Source: Vulcanimicrobiota bacterium | GTDB lineage: Bacteria > Vulcanimicrobiota > Vulcanimicrobiia > Vulcanimicrobiales > Vulcanimicrobiaceae | Assembly (NCBI GenBank): GCA_003133025.1 | Contig: PKZK01000080.1 | Coordinates: 485 to 12,082 of the forward strand | Direction of reading: 5' to 3' | Length of the DNA stretch: 11,598 bases | Part shown: in pieces, positions 1 to 9,555 of the stretch | How the letters are laid out: each line of letters begins with the position of its first letter | Numbering within the stretch: the stretch's first letter is position 1 | Notes under the pieces: model-generated | Told to the model about the DNA's origin: nothing | Seen by the model: only the letters and a program-made list of their open reading frames with translations | Databases searched by the model: none | Program-made: the position numbers and the translations under genes

Positions 1-554
1 TCCGGGCTGCCCCAGACGATGCCGAACCGTTCGCGCGCGTAGTTGCGGCGGCGCGCGTCGACGCGGTCGATCTCGGCCTTGGCACGCGCGGGCGTGAAGC
101 CGAAACTCTCGCACAAACGCTCGATGCGCCACGCTTTCGGTGCGGTGAGGAAGACGCGCAGGAGACCGGCGCTGCCCGCCAAGAGCACGCTGCCCATGCG
201 GCCGAGGATGACCACGTTCCCGGCGGCCGCCCGCTCGCGCACGCTCCGCTCGATCTCGCGCCGCACGTCGGCATCAAACGGATCCAGGACCGACGCGGGC
301 GGCGACCCGACCGCCTCCGGCGTCCCGGCCTCCAAGCCGCCGAGGACTCGCTCGGCCAGCGGCGGCTCGGCCCCCGCCCGGGCCGCCACCTCTTGCGGCG
401 AGGTGCCCAAGCGCGCTGCCACGGCCGTCGGGAGGTCGTCGGTCAGGAGAGCGTAGCCGAGCGCCTGCGCCACGCCGTCGGAGACGGCCAGGCCCGCCGC
501 CCCGTACTCTCGTGAAATGGTGACGATCACGAGGCGGCCCTTCGTGATGGTCAT
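1..554 (-). CDS. Cytidylate kinase-like family protein (Cytidylate_kin2 type), runs off the window's left edge
   Basis: Not in the ORF track because it has no stop in the window. Manual translation from ATG at 554 (alternative GTG at 530) gives [34 protein letters not shown]...[14 protein letters not shown]...[16 protein letters not shown]...[23 protein letters not shown]. This matches the family pattern ITISRxxGxxG / VIxGR / RVFLxA / DxxRxxY / W. Confidence 0.85.
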   Translation of the reverse strand, partial: MTITKGRLVIVTISREYGAAGLAVSDGVAQALGYALLTDDLPTAVAARLGTSPQEVAARAGAEPPLAERVLGGLEAGTPEAVGSPPASVLDPFDADVRREIERSVRERAAAGNVVILGRMGSVLLAGSAGLLRVFLTAPKAWRIERLCESFGFTPARAKAEIDRVDARRRNYARERFGIVWGSP

Positions 555-616
555 CACCGAGGCCGCCCCCGGCCCGGAGTAGCGTTGGGGAAGCACTCGG
601 AGCCAGGGGTAGTTTC
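555..616. promoter_or_regulatory. Short divergent intergenic region expected to hold promoters for bchL and the cytidylate-kinase-like gene
   Basis: 62 nt between divergent start codons. Inferred from gene orientation only; no clear -35/-10 pair recognised. Confidence 0.35.
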
Positions 617-1453
617 ATGCTGAAGATCGCGGTTTACGGCAAGGGCGGAATCGGAAAGAGTACCTTCTCCTCGAATCTTTCCGCGGCGTTCGGCCGGCTC
701 GGCAACAAGACGATCCAAGTGGGTTGCGATCCCAAGCACGACTCGACGTTCACCTTGACGGGATCGCTGATCCCGACCGTGGTCGAGGTGCTGACCTCCT
801 ACAAATTCAAGGCCGAAGAGATCGAACGCGACGAGATCATCTTCAAGGGCAAGTACGGCGTCGATTGCGTCGAGGCGGGCGGCCCCCCGGCCGGCGCCGG
901 CTGCGGCGGCTACGTGGTCGGCGAGACGGTCAAGCTGCTCGAGAAGTTCGGCGTGTACAAGAGCTACGACGTGATGGTCTTCGACGTGCTCGGCGACGTG
1001 GTGTGCGGCGGCTTCTCGGCCCCGCTGCAGCACTCCGAGCAGGTCATCATCGTGGCCACCAACGACTTCGATTCGATCTTCGCGGCCAACCGCATCGCAA
1101 CGGCGATCACGATCAAGCAGAAGACCGGCGGCGGCACGCTCGCGGGCATCGTGGCCAATCGCGCCAGCAACGCCGAACTGGTCGGCCCGTTCGCCGAGCG
1201 CATCGGCTCGACGTGCCTGCTCTGCATCCCCGAGAACGACGGCGTGCGCAAGTCGCGGCTGACCGCGCAAACGGTCTTCGAAATGGACGCGACGGGCGCG
1301 CTCGGCGCACCCTGGATGGATCTGGCCAAACGCATGCTGGCCGGCGTTCCGCTGACCGTGCCGACGCCGATCCCCGAGCGCGAACTCTTCTCGCAGTTGG
1401 GCGCCGACTACGTGCGGCCGGCCGACATTCCAGCCCCCGCAATGGCGGTCTAG
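617..1453 (+). CDS. bchL: Light-independent protochlorophyllide reductase iron-sulfur ATP-binding subunit (BchL/ChlL; NifH/FrxC family)
   Basis: 278 aa. P-loop [24 protein letters not shown] (BchL-type, NifH has CDPKADSTR); [23 protein letters not shown] (Cys96, Tyr99; NifH has GGPEPGVGCAGRG); [11 protein letters not shown] (Cys130); [23 protein letters not shown]-terminal [10 protein letters not shown]-like AGGGGT at 605-610. Confidence 0.9.
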   Translation: MLKIAVYGKGGIGKSTFSSNLSAAFGRLGNKTIQVGCDPKHDSTFTLTGSLIPTVVEVLTSYKFKAEEIERDEIIFKGKYGVDCVEAGGPPAGAGCGGYVVGETVKLLEKFGVYKSYDVMVFDVLGDVVCGGFSAPLQHSEQVIIVATNDFDSIFAANRIATAITIKQKTGGGTLAGIVANRASNAELVGPFAERIGSTCLLCIPENDGVRKSRLTAQTVFEMDATGALGAPWMDLAKRMLAGVPLTVPTPIPERELFSQLGADYVRPADIPAPAMAV

Positions 1454-1467
1454 TGCCCATAAGGGCA
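1454..1467. repeat. Short inverted repeat TGCCC-ATAA-GGGCA directly after the bchL stop codon
   Basis: Perfect 5-bp arms at 1454-1458 and 1463-1467 around a 4-nt spacer. No downstream U-tract. Function unknown. Confidence 0.4.
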
Positions 1468-1509
1468 TAAACACCGTCGAGCGGAACTCCGGGCGGACGG
1501 AGGCCCCGC

Positions 1510-3385
<1,876 letters not shown>

Positions 3386-3396
<11 letters not shown>

Positions 3397-3769
3397 TTCC
3401 CAAACGCCGGTTCGCGCGACCGATGTGCTGGCCAACGAGAGAACGTATCTCGCCTATTTACGGTCGGCTTTGGCGCTCGTCGGCTTCGGCTTCGTGATCG
3501 CGCGCTTCAGTCTGTTCACGCGAGAGGTCGCCGAACTGACGGGACGCAAGCTTGCGCTCAACGGTTCGGCCTCGATCGTGCTCGGTGCGGTGATGGCCCT
3601 CTGCGGTATTGCTACCGCGCTCTTTGGAGCGTGGCGCTATGCCGAGACGGCACGCGGATTGCGGAGTGGACGCATCATCTCGCTCTCGCGAGGCCCCGTG
3701 GTCGTGAGCGCAATCGCGGTCTCACTCGTCTGCGCGGCCGTCGCCATCGATTTGCTCTTGGTACGCTGA
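3386..3769 (+). CDS. DUF202 / YidH-family small inner membrane protein
   Basis: 127 aa. Family signature LANERTYLAYLRSALALVGFG and three hydrophobic segments. Overlaps the GMC gene by 11 nt. Confidence 0.9.
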
Positions 3770-3804
3770 GCGCAGCCTTCCGCGACTTTGGGTAAAGGGC
3801 GGCC

Positions 3805-4692
3805 ATGGAAAAACTCGAGACGCCGAGTACCGACCGTCCCGTCGACCGGCTCGCGCGCTGGGCTCCGCTAGCCTCCGCTGCCGACGCTTGGCAGAGCGTC
3901 GTGAAGAAGGTGCTCGAGAGCGCGGGGCCCGCCGTCGTCGATGCGTTGCACGGCACGCCCCTCGGACATCCGCTGCATCCGCTGTTGACCGACGTGCCGG
4001 TCGGAGCGTGGACCGTCACCGCCGTGTTGGACGCCTTGGAACTCGCCGGAAAAGACGATTTGGCCGCGGGCGCCGACGCGTCGCTCGCGATCGGCATCGG
4101 CGGTGCGGTTCTGGCTGCGACCGCCGGCTGGGCCGACTGGTCCGACGCCGACGGCGAAGCCAAGAGCCTCGGCCTCGCGCACGCGGGGCTCAACGCCGTC
4201 GCGCTCGGCGCGTACGCGGCAGCGTTGCTGTTGCGCCGCAACGGCAACCGCGAGACGGGTATCGCGCTGGGCATGATCGGCTACGCGTTCGTGAGCGCGG
4301 CGGGATACTTGGGCGGCGAACTGTCCTTCGGCCGGGGGGTCGGCGTCCGGCAAACCGGCGAGCCGGTGACGCCTCCGACGGATTTCGTGACCGTGCTCGA
4401 TGCCGGCGAACTCGCGGAGGGTGCGATGCATCGCGTCGAGGCGCAGGGCGTGCCGGTGCTACTCTATCGCGAGGGCGAGACGATCTCCGCGCTCTCGGCG
4501 GTCTGCACGCATGCGGGCGGCCCGCTCGACGAAGGCAGCGTGAAGGACGGCTGCGTGACCTGTCCGTGGCACGGCTCGACCTTCCGTTTCAGCGACGGCG
4601 CGGCCGTGCACGGCCCGGCCGTCTTCCCCGTGTCGCGTTACGAGGCACGCATCGTCCAGGGAAAGATCCAGGTTCGCGCGCTCGCGGGTTGA
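3805..4692 (+). CDS. DUF2231-type membrane domain fused to a C-terminal Rieske [2Fe-2S] ferredoxin domain
   Basis: 295 aa. N-terminal LHGTPLGHPLHPLLTDVPVGAW, TAGWADW, HAGLN and GYLGGEL motifs within hydrophobic helices. Rieske ligands CTHAGG and CPWHGSTF; GPA motif near the C-terminus. Confidence 0.88.
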   Translation: MEKLETPSTDRPVDRLARWAPLASAADAWQSVVKKVLESAGPAVVDALHGTPLGHPLHPLLTDVPVGAWTVTAVLDALELAGKDDLAAGADASLAIGIGGAVLAATAGWADWSDADGEAKSLGLAHAGLNAVALGAYAAALLLRRNGNRETGIALGMIGYAFVSAAGYLGGELSFGRGVGVRQTGEPVTPPTDFVTVLDAGELAEGAMHRVEAQGVPVLLYREGETISALSAVCTHAGGPLDEGSVKDGCVTCPWHGSTFRFSDGAAVHGPAVFPVSRYEARIVQGKIQVRALAG

Positions 4693-4722
4693 GCGTGCGG
4701 CCCGTCGAAGGCGGGACGTCGC

Positions 4723-5745
4723 ATGCCCATCATTCGCACCCACGATCTGCGTAAGGTGTTCAAGGCGCTCGACCGCACGCCGGGCGTCGCAGGCACGCTC
4801 AAGACGCTCTTCTCACGCACGTACGTGGAGCGCGTGGCCGTCGAGGGCATCAGCATGTCGCTCGAGGCCGGCGAACTGGTGGGGTACATCGGGCCCAACG
4901 GCGCGGGCAAGTCGACCACGATCAAGATGCTCACCGGCATCCTCGTGCCCTCGTCGGGCGAGATCGTGGTCGCGGGCCTCGTGCCGTACCGCGAGCGCAA
5001 GCGCAACGCGCGCAACATCGGCGTCGTCTTCGGGCAGCGCAGCCAACTCTATTGGGACCTACCGCTGATCGAGTCGTTCGAGCTGTTGCGCGCGATCTAC
5101 CACGTGCCCTACGATCGCTACCGGCAGAATCTCGCGGCCTTCAGCAAACTGCTCGACCTCGACAGCTTCATGAAGACGCCCGTCCGGCAACTGTCGCTCG
5201 GTCAGCGCATGCGCGGCGACTTCGCCGCGGCCATGCTGCACGATCCGAAGATCGTGTACCTCGATGAGCCCACGATCGGGCTCGACGTGGTGGCCAAGGA
5301 CGCCATTCGCACCTTCATCGCCGAGGTCAATCGCGAACGCGGCACGACCTTCATCCTGACCACCCACGACCTCGCCGACGTCGAACGGCTCTGCCGGCGC
5401 ATCGTGCTCATCGATCACGGCCGCATCGTGTACGACGGCGAGATCGAGACGCTCAAAGAGCAGTACGGCACGCACCGCACGCTGATCGTCGAGTTCTCGG
5501 AAGACTGCCCCGACGTCGCCGTGGACGGCGCCGAGATCGAATCGCGTGAAGGTCCGACGGTGCGCTATCGTTTCGACCGGCGCGCGATCAGCGCCGACCA
5601 ACTGATCCGGCGCGTCGCCGACGCCTATGCGATCAACGACGTTACGCTCGAGGAGCCGGAACTCGAGTCGATCATCAAGCGCATCTATCTCGAGGGCTAC
5701 GCGCGGCCGAACGACGCGACGCAGGCGAGCGCGGCCGCGCGCTGA
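4723..5745 (+). CDS. ABC-2 type (exporter class) ATP-binding protein, COG4586-like
   Basis: 340 aa. Walker A GPNGAGKST, VVFGQRSQLYWDLP, signature LSLGQRMR, Walker B IVYLDEPTIGLD, H-loop LTTHD. Confidence 0.93.
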   Translation: MPIIRTHDLRKVFKALDRTPGVAGTLKTLFSRTYVERVAVEGISMSLEAGELVGYIGPNGAGKSTTIKMLTGILVPSSGEIVVAGLVPYRERKRNARNIGVVFGQRSQLYWDLPLIESFELLRAIYHVPYDRYRQNLAAFSKLLDLDSFMKTPVRQLSLGQRMRGDFAAAMLHDPKIVYLDEPTIGLDVVAKDAIRTFIAEVNRERGTTFILTTHDLADVERLCRRIVLIDHGRIVYDGEIETLKEQYGTHRTLIVEFSEDCPDVAVDGAEIESREGPTVRYRFDRRAISADQLIRRVADAYAINDVTLEEPELESIIKRIYLEGYARPNDATQASAAAR

Positions 5746-6557
5746 TGGTCGCCTTCGCCCCGGGACGCTTCATCGAACCCTACGTCGAGTTCGCGCGTAA
5801 AGCGTTTTCGCGCGAAGCGACGTACCGCTTCGAGGTTTTGACCTCGATCGGCTCGCTCGTGCTACGCGTCTACTTGTTGCGTTCGGTCTGGACGGCGCTG
5901 TACGCACAGAACGCGGCGCCGGCCGACATCCCACTTCACTCGATGATCACCTATGCGACCGTGGCGCTCCTGATGTCGCTGATCCTCGAAGTCGACGGAA
6001 CGCGTTCGATCCGCGACAAGATTCGCGAGGGCACGATCGCGACCGACTTGATGAAGCCGATCGACCTGCCGCTCTACTTCTTCTCCGAAGGCTTCGGCCA
6101 GACGATGTTCCACGCGCTGACCATCCTGCCGTCGCTGCTGCTCGCGTTGCTGCTCGTGCACATCGACGTGCCGAGTCTCGCGACGCTGGCGGTGTTCGGA
6201 TCGTCGTTCGTGCTGGGCTATTTCGTCAACTTCTTTCTGAACTTCCTGATGAATTCGGTTGCCTTCTGGACGCTCGAAACGTTTGCGATCCAACTGATGG
6301 TGCGCTGGGCCTCCGACTTTTTGGGCGGTCAGATCTTGCCCTTGAGCTTCTTCCCGGGCGCCCTCGGCTGGATCGTCGAACGCTTGCCCTTCGCGGCGAT
6401 CTACTCGACGCCGCTGCGCATCTACATCGGCGAGTTGCCGCAATCGGCCTGGCCGGGCGCACTTGCCGCGCAAGCGTTGTGGCTGGCGATTTTCGCGGGG
6501 CTTTCCGTCGTGGTTTGGCGCGCGGCGTCGCGCCGCGTCGTGGTTCAAGGAGGTTGA
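5745..6557 (+). CDS. ABC-2 family permease (ABC2_membrane_6/DUF990, COG4587-like)
   Basis: 270 aa, about six hydrophobic segments. Motifs ATYRF, IREGTIATDLMKP, AFW, GGQILPLSFFP, LPF...P..IYIG and C-terminal VVQGG. TGATG overlap with the ATPase gene. Confidence 0.9.
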   Translation: MVAFAPGRFIEPYVEFARKAFSREATYRFEVLTSIGSLVLRVYLLRSVWTALYAQNAAPADIPLHSMITYATVALLMSLILEVDGTRSIRDKIREGTIATDLMKPIDLPLYFFSEGFGQTMFHALTILPSLLLALLLVHIDVPSLATLAVFGSSFVLGYFVNFFLNFLMNSVAFWTLETFAIQLMVRWASDFLGGQILPLSFFPGALGWIVERLPFAAIYSTPLRIYIGELPQSAWPGALAAQALWLAIFAGLSVVVWRAASRRVVVQGG

Positions 6558-6558
6558 G

Positions 6559-7917
6559 ATGGCCGACGAAGTCGACCTGATCGTCATCGGCAGCGGCCAA
6601 GGCGGCGTGCCGCTGGCGGCCGAGTTCGGCAAGGCCGGAAAGCGCGTGGTGCTCTTCGAGCGCGAGCGCCTCGGCGGCACGTGCGTCAACTTCGGCTGCA
6701 CGCCCTCGAAGGCGTTTCTCGCGTCGGCCCACGCCGCGGGCCGCGCGCGGCTCGCGGGCGATCGCCTGGGCGTGCACTGCGACGTGCACGTCGACCAGCG
6801 CGCCGTCATGCAGCGCGTGCGCGCCGTGCGTGACGAGTGGCATGCGGGCGTCGGGCCCAGACTCGAGCGCGCCGGCGTCGAGGTGGTGCTCGCGGATGCC
6901 GCGTTCACGGGCGAGCGCACCGTGCGCGGCGGCGAACGCGAGGTGCGCGCCAACGTCGTGGTCATCGACACGGGCACGAGCCCCGCGATTCCCCCGATCC
7001 CGGGTCTCGACGGCGTCCCGTATCTGACGAACAAGACGTTCTTCGATCAGGAGACGCTACCCGCGCGGCTCATCGTGCTCGGCGGCGGCTACGTCGGCCT
7101 CGAACTGGGCCAGGGCGCGCAGCGCTTGGGCAGCGCGGTCACGATCGTCGAAGGCGGCGCGCGACTGATGGCGCGCGAAGAAGCCGACGCGGCCGACGTG
7201 CTGCGCACGAGCCTCGAGCGCGACGGCGTGCAACTCGAACTCGGCGCGCACGCGAGCGCGATCGCCTACGACGGCTCGACCTATCGCGTGACGCTCGCTT
7301 CGGGCGAGGTGATCGAAGGCGACGGCTTGCTGATCGCGACCGGACGCACGCCGAATACGTCCGGGCTCGGACTCGAACGCAGCGGCATCGCAACGACGCA
7401 GAGCGGCACCGTGCAGGTCGACGAGCATCTCGAATCGACGTGCGCGGGCGTCTACGCAATCGGCGAGGCTGCCGGCCAGCCTGCATTCACGCACGTTGCG
7501 TGGGAAGATTACCGGCGACTGGCCTCGACGCTGGCCGGCACGCCGCGCCGCCGCGACGACCGGGTGCTCTCGTATTCGACGTTCACCGAGCCGCAACTCG
7601 GGCGCACGGGCCGAACGGAGGCCGAGGCGCGTGCCGCGGGCATCGACGCGCGCACGGTAACGCTGCAACTCTCGGAGGTCGCGCGCGGCGTCGAATGGGA
7701 TTTGGAACTCGGCTTCTTTCGCCTCGTCGTCGATAACGCGAACGGCAAGATGATCGGCGCGACGTTCGTGGGTTACGAGGCCGGCGAAATCGTGCAGGTG
7801 GTCGGCTTCGCCATCCAACTGGGCGCGACGGGGCGCCAACTCGACGACTTCGTAGCCATCCATCCGACGTTCGGCGAAGGCTTGCCCAGCCTCGCCCGAC
7901 TGTTGGAGAAAGCCTGA
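6559..7917 (+). CDS. Class I pyridine nucleotide-disulfide oxidoreductase (MerA-like/RclA-like, lacking MerA metal-handling cysteines)
   Basis: Start re-assigned to ATG at 6559 (SD AGGAGG at 6548-6553), giving 452 aa. DLIVIGSGQGG; redox disulfide GGTCVNFGCTPSK; GGGYVGLE; ATGRTPN; AFTH; C-terminal HPTFGE. Confidence 0.9.
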   Translation: MADEVDLIVIGSGQGGVPLAAEFGKAGKRVVLFERERLGGTCVNFGCTPSKAFLASAHAAGRARLAGDRLGVHCDVHVDQRAVMQRVRAVRDEWHAGVGPRLERAGVEVVLADAAFTGERTVRGGEREVRANVVVIDTGTSPAIPPIPGLDGVPYLTNKTFFDQETLPARLIVLGGGYVGLELGQGAQRLGSAVTIVEGGARLMAREEADAADVLRTSLERDGVQLELGAHASAIAYDGSTYRVTLASGEVIEGDGLLIATGRTPNTSGLGLERSGIATTQSGTVQVDEHLESTCAGVYAIGEAAGQPAFTHVAWEDYRRLASTLAGTPRRRDDRVLSYSTFTEPQLGRTGRTEAEARAAGIDARTVTLQLSEVARGVEWDLELGFFRLVVDNANGKMIGATFVGYEAGEIVQVVGFAIQLGATGRQLDDFVAIHPTFGEGLPSLARLLEKA

Positions 7918-7919
7918 AC

Positions 7920-9551
7920 TTGGCGCGCTCGCTCCTCACACGCCTCGCCGTAACCGCGACGCTCGCGTGCCTGTGCGCGTGCGCATCGTCCAAACCCGCA
8001 ACGCCGCACGCGGCGAAGACGCTGGTCTTTACGGGTTTGGCCGGCGAGCCCGACAACCTCAACCCGATGCTCTCGGGCAGCGCCGACCTCGACAGCTTCA
8101 GCCGCCTCTACATGTCGTATTTGGTCGATAGCGACGACCACGGACAGCTCGTCCCGGAGATCGCCGACCGCGTGCCCACGCAGGCCAACGGCGGCATCTC
8201 GGCCGACGGCAAGACGGTCGTCTATCACATCCGGCACGGCGTGCGTTGGCAAGACGGCGCGGCGCTGACCGCGCGCGATATCGTCTTCAGCCTCGAGGCG
8301 GTGCTGAACCCGGCCAACAACGTCGTAACCCGCGTCGGTTATAGCGAGGTCGCGAGCATCGCGGCGCACGGCGACGACCTCGTTACCGTACGGCTGAAAG
8401 AGCCGTTCGCTCCGTTCACAGCCTACTTCTTCGGACCGCAGGGCGGCGCCGCGTTGCTTCCGCAGCATCTGCTCGCGCGGTATCCCAACCTCAACCGCGT
8501 CACGTACAATCAGGCGCCGATCGGGGCCGGCCCGTACCGGGTGGTGAAGTGGCGTCACGCCGACTCGATCACCTTCGTCGCAAACCCGGCCTACTGGCGC
8601 GGGAAACCGTCGATCGACAAGATCGTCTACCGCATCGTGCCGGCGCCCAACACGCGCCTGCAGCAATTGCAGACGGGCGAAGTCGACGCGTACTTCGACG
8701 TGGATCCGCAACTCTTACCGCAATTGCGGGCCGTCCCCGGCGTGCACGTCGCGCTGACGCCGGTCAACGACATTCACGTGCTGCAATTCAACGTGCGCGA
8801 TCCCATCCTCGCCGACGCGCAACTGCGCCGGGCCATCTCGCTCGCGATCGACCGGCCGCAACTCTTGGCCGCCGCGACGCACGGCTCCGGGGTAACGGTC
8901 GACGCCGACCAGCCACGCAACGGCTGGGCCTACGATCCGAGCGTACCGCCGCTCCGCTACGACGTCGCCGCCGCGAAACGGCTGCTCGACGCCGACGGCT
9001 GGAAAGCCGGCCCGGGCGGCATCCGCACCAAAGACGGGCATCCCCTCGATCTCACCTTGACGATTTCGCCCCAAAGCACGAACGGCTCGACGCTCGTGGC
9101 GACGATTCTGCAGGCCAACCTGCGCACGCTCGGCGTCGACGTCACGATCAAGACGGTCACGCCGACGCTCTTCGTGGCGCCCGCCGCGTCGGGCGGCTTG
9201 CTCGCCGCGGGCAAGTACCAACTCGCCTACAACGCGTGGTGGGTGATCGGCCCCGACCCCGACGATACCTGGAACTTCGGCTGCGCCGAGATTCCGCCCA
9301 ACGGCTACAACTATTACTTCTGGTGCGACCATCGCGCCGACACGGCCATGTACGCCGCGCTGCGCACCTACGATCGGAAGCAACGCATCGCCGACTACGC
9401 CGTCGTGCAGCGGCGCATCGTCGACGATTTGCCCATCGTCGCGCTCTGGCAGGTGCGCATGCCCAATGCCTACCGCACGCGCCTGCACGGCGTCTCGCCG
9501 TCGCCGTTCGGCTCGATGTTCTGGAACGCGTGGACGTGGACGCTCGATTGA
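7920..9551 (+). CDS. ABC transporter substrate-binding lipoprotein, family 5 (OppA/DppA/NikA-like)
   Basis: 543 aa, TTG start, GGAG at 7905-7908. Signal peptide with probable lipobox LCAC (Cys21). Motifs EPDNLNP, NGGISADGKT, GVRWQDG, PIGAGPY, ANPAYWRGKP, LRRAISLAIDR, AKRLLDADGW. Confidence 0.9.
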   Translation: MARSLLTRLAVTATLACLCACASSKPATPHAAKTLVFTGLAGEPDNLNPMLSGSADLDSFSRLYMSYLVDSDDHGQLVPEIADRVPTQANGGISADGKTVVYHIRHGVRWQDGAALTARDIVFSLEAVLNPANNVVTRVGYSEVASIAAHGDDLVTVRLKEPFAPFTAYFFGPQGGAALLPQHLLARYPNLNRVTYNQAPIGAGPYRVVKWRHADSITFVANPAYWRGKPSIDKIVYRIVPAPNTRLQQLQTGEVDAYFDVDPQLLPQLRAVPGVHVALTPVNDIHVLQFNVRDPILADAQLRRAISLAIDRPQLLAAATHGSGVTVDADQPRNGWAYDPSVPPLRYDVAAAKRLLDADGWKAGPGGIRTKDGHPLDLTLTISPQSTNGSTLVATILQANLRTLGVDVTIKTVTPTLFVAPAASGGLLAAGKYQLAYNAWWVIGPDPDDTWNFGCAEIPPNGYNYYFWCDHRADTAMYAALRTYDRKQRIADYAVVQRRIVDDLPIVALWQVRMPNAYRTRLHGVSPSPFGSMFWNAWTWTLD

Positions 9552-9555
9552 GTAC

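Noticed and set aside
555..616. PpsR/CrtJ (TGT-N12-ACA) or FNR (TTGAT-N4-ATCAA) site upstream of bchL
   Set aside because: Neither motif is present. The only dyad seen (CCGAG 557-561 / CTCGG 596-600) is too short and widely spaced to support.
43..618. ORF-track calls 43..456 (+) and 274..618 (-)
   Set aside because: Arg/Ala/Gly-rich shadow frames over the cytidylate-kinase-like gene, which has recognisable family motifs in another frame.
617..1453. Nitrogenase iron protein NifH, chlorophyllide reductase BchX, CfbC or MinD/ParA
   Set aside because: The motifs [25 protein letters not shown] and NDFDSIF are BchL/ChlL-type. NifH, BchX and CfbC have an Arg-Gly after the first cluster Cys (GCAGRG/GCGGRG), and no nif genes are present.
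1454..1471. Intrinsic terminator after bchL
   Set aside because: The stem is only 5 bp and is not followed by a U-tract on either strand.
3805..4692. Rieske fusion as the direct electron donor to BchL, or as a chlorophyll-pathway Rieske oxygenase (CAO/PAO)
   Set aside because: Rieske clusters generally have too high a potential to reduce a nitrogenase-type Fe protein, and the protein has no mononuclear-iron oxygenase domain.
6463..6558. Longer N-terminus of the disulfide reductase as given in the ORF track
   Set aside because: It overlaps the permease by 95 nt. ATG 6559 has a strong AGGAGG SD and directly precedes the FAD-binding motif.
6559..7917. Mercury resistance gene merA
   Set aside because: No C-terminal Cys-Cys pair, no NmerA domain and no merR/T/P context.
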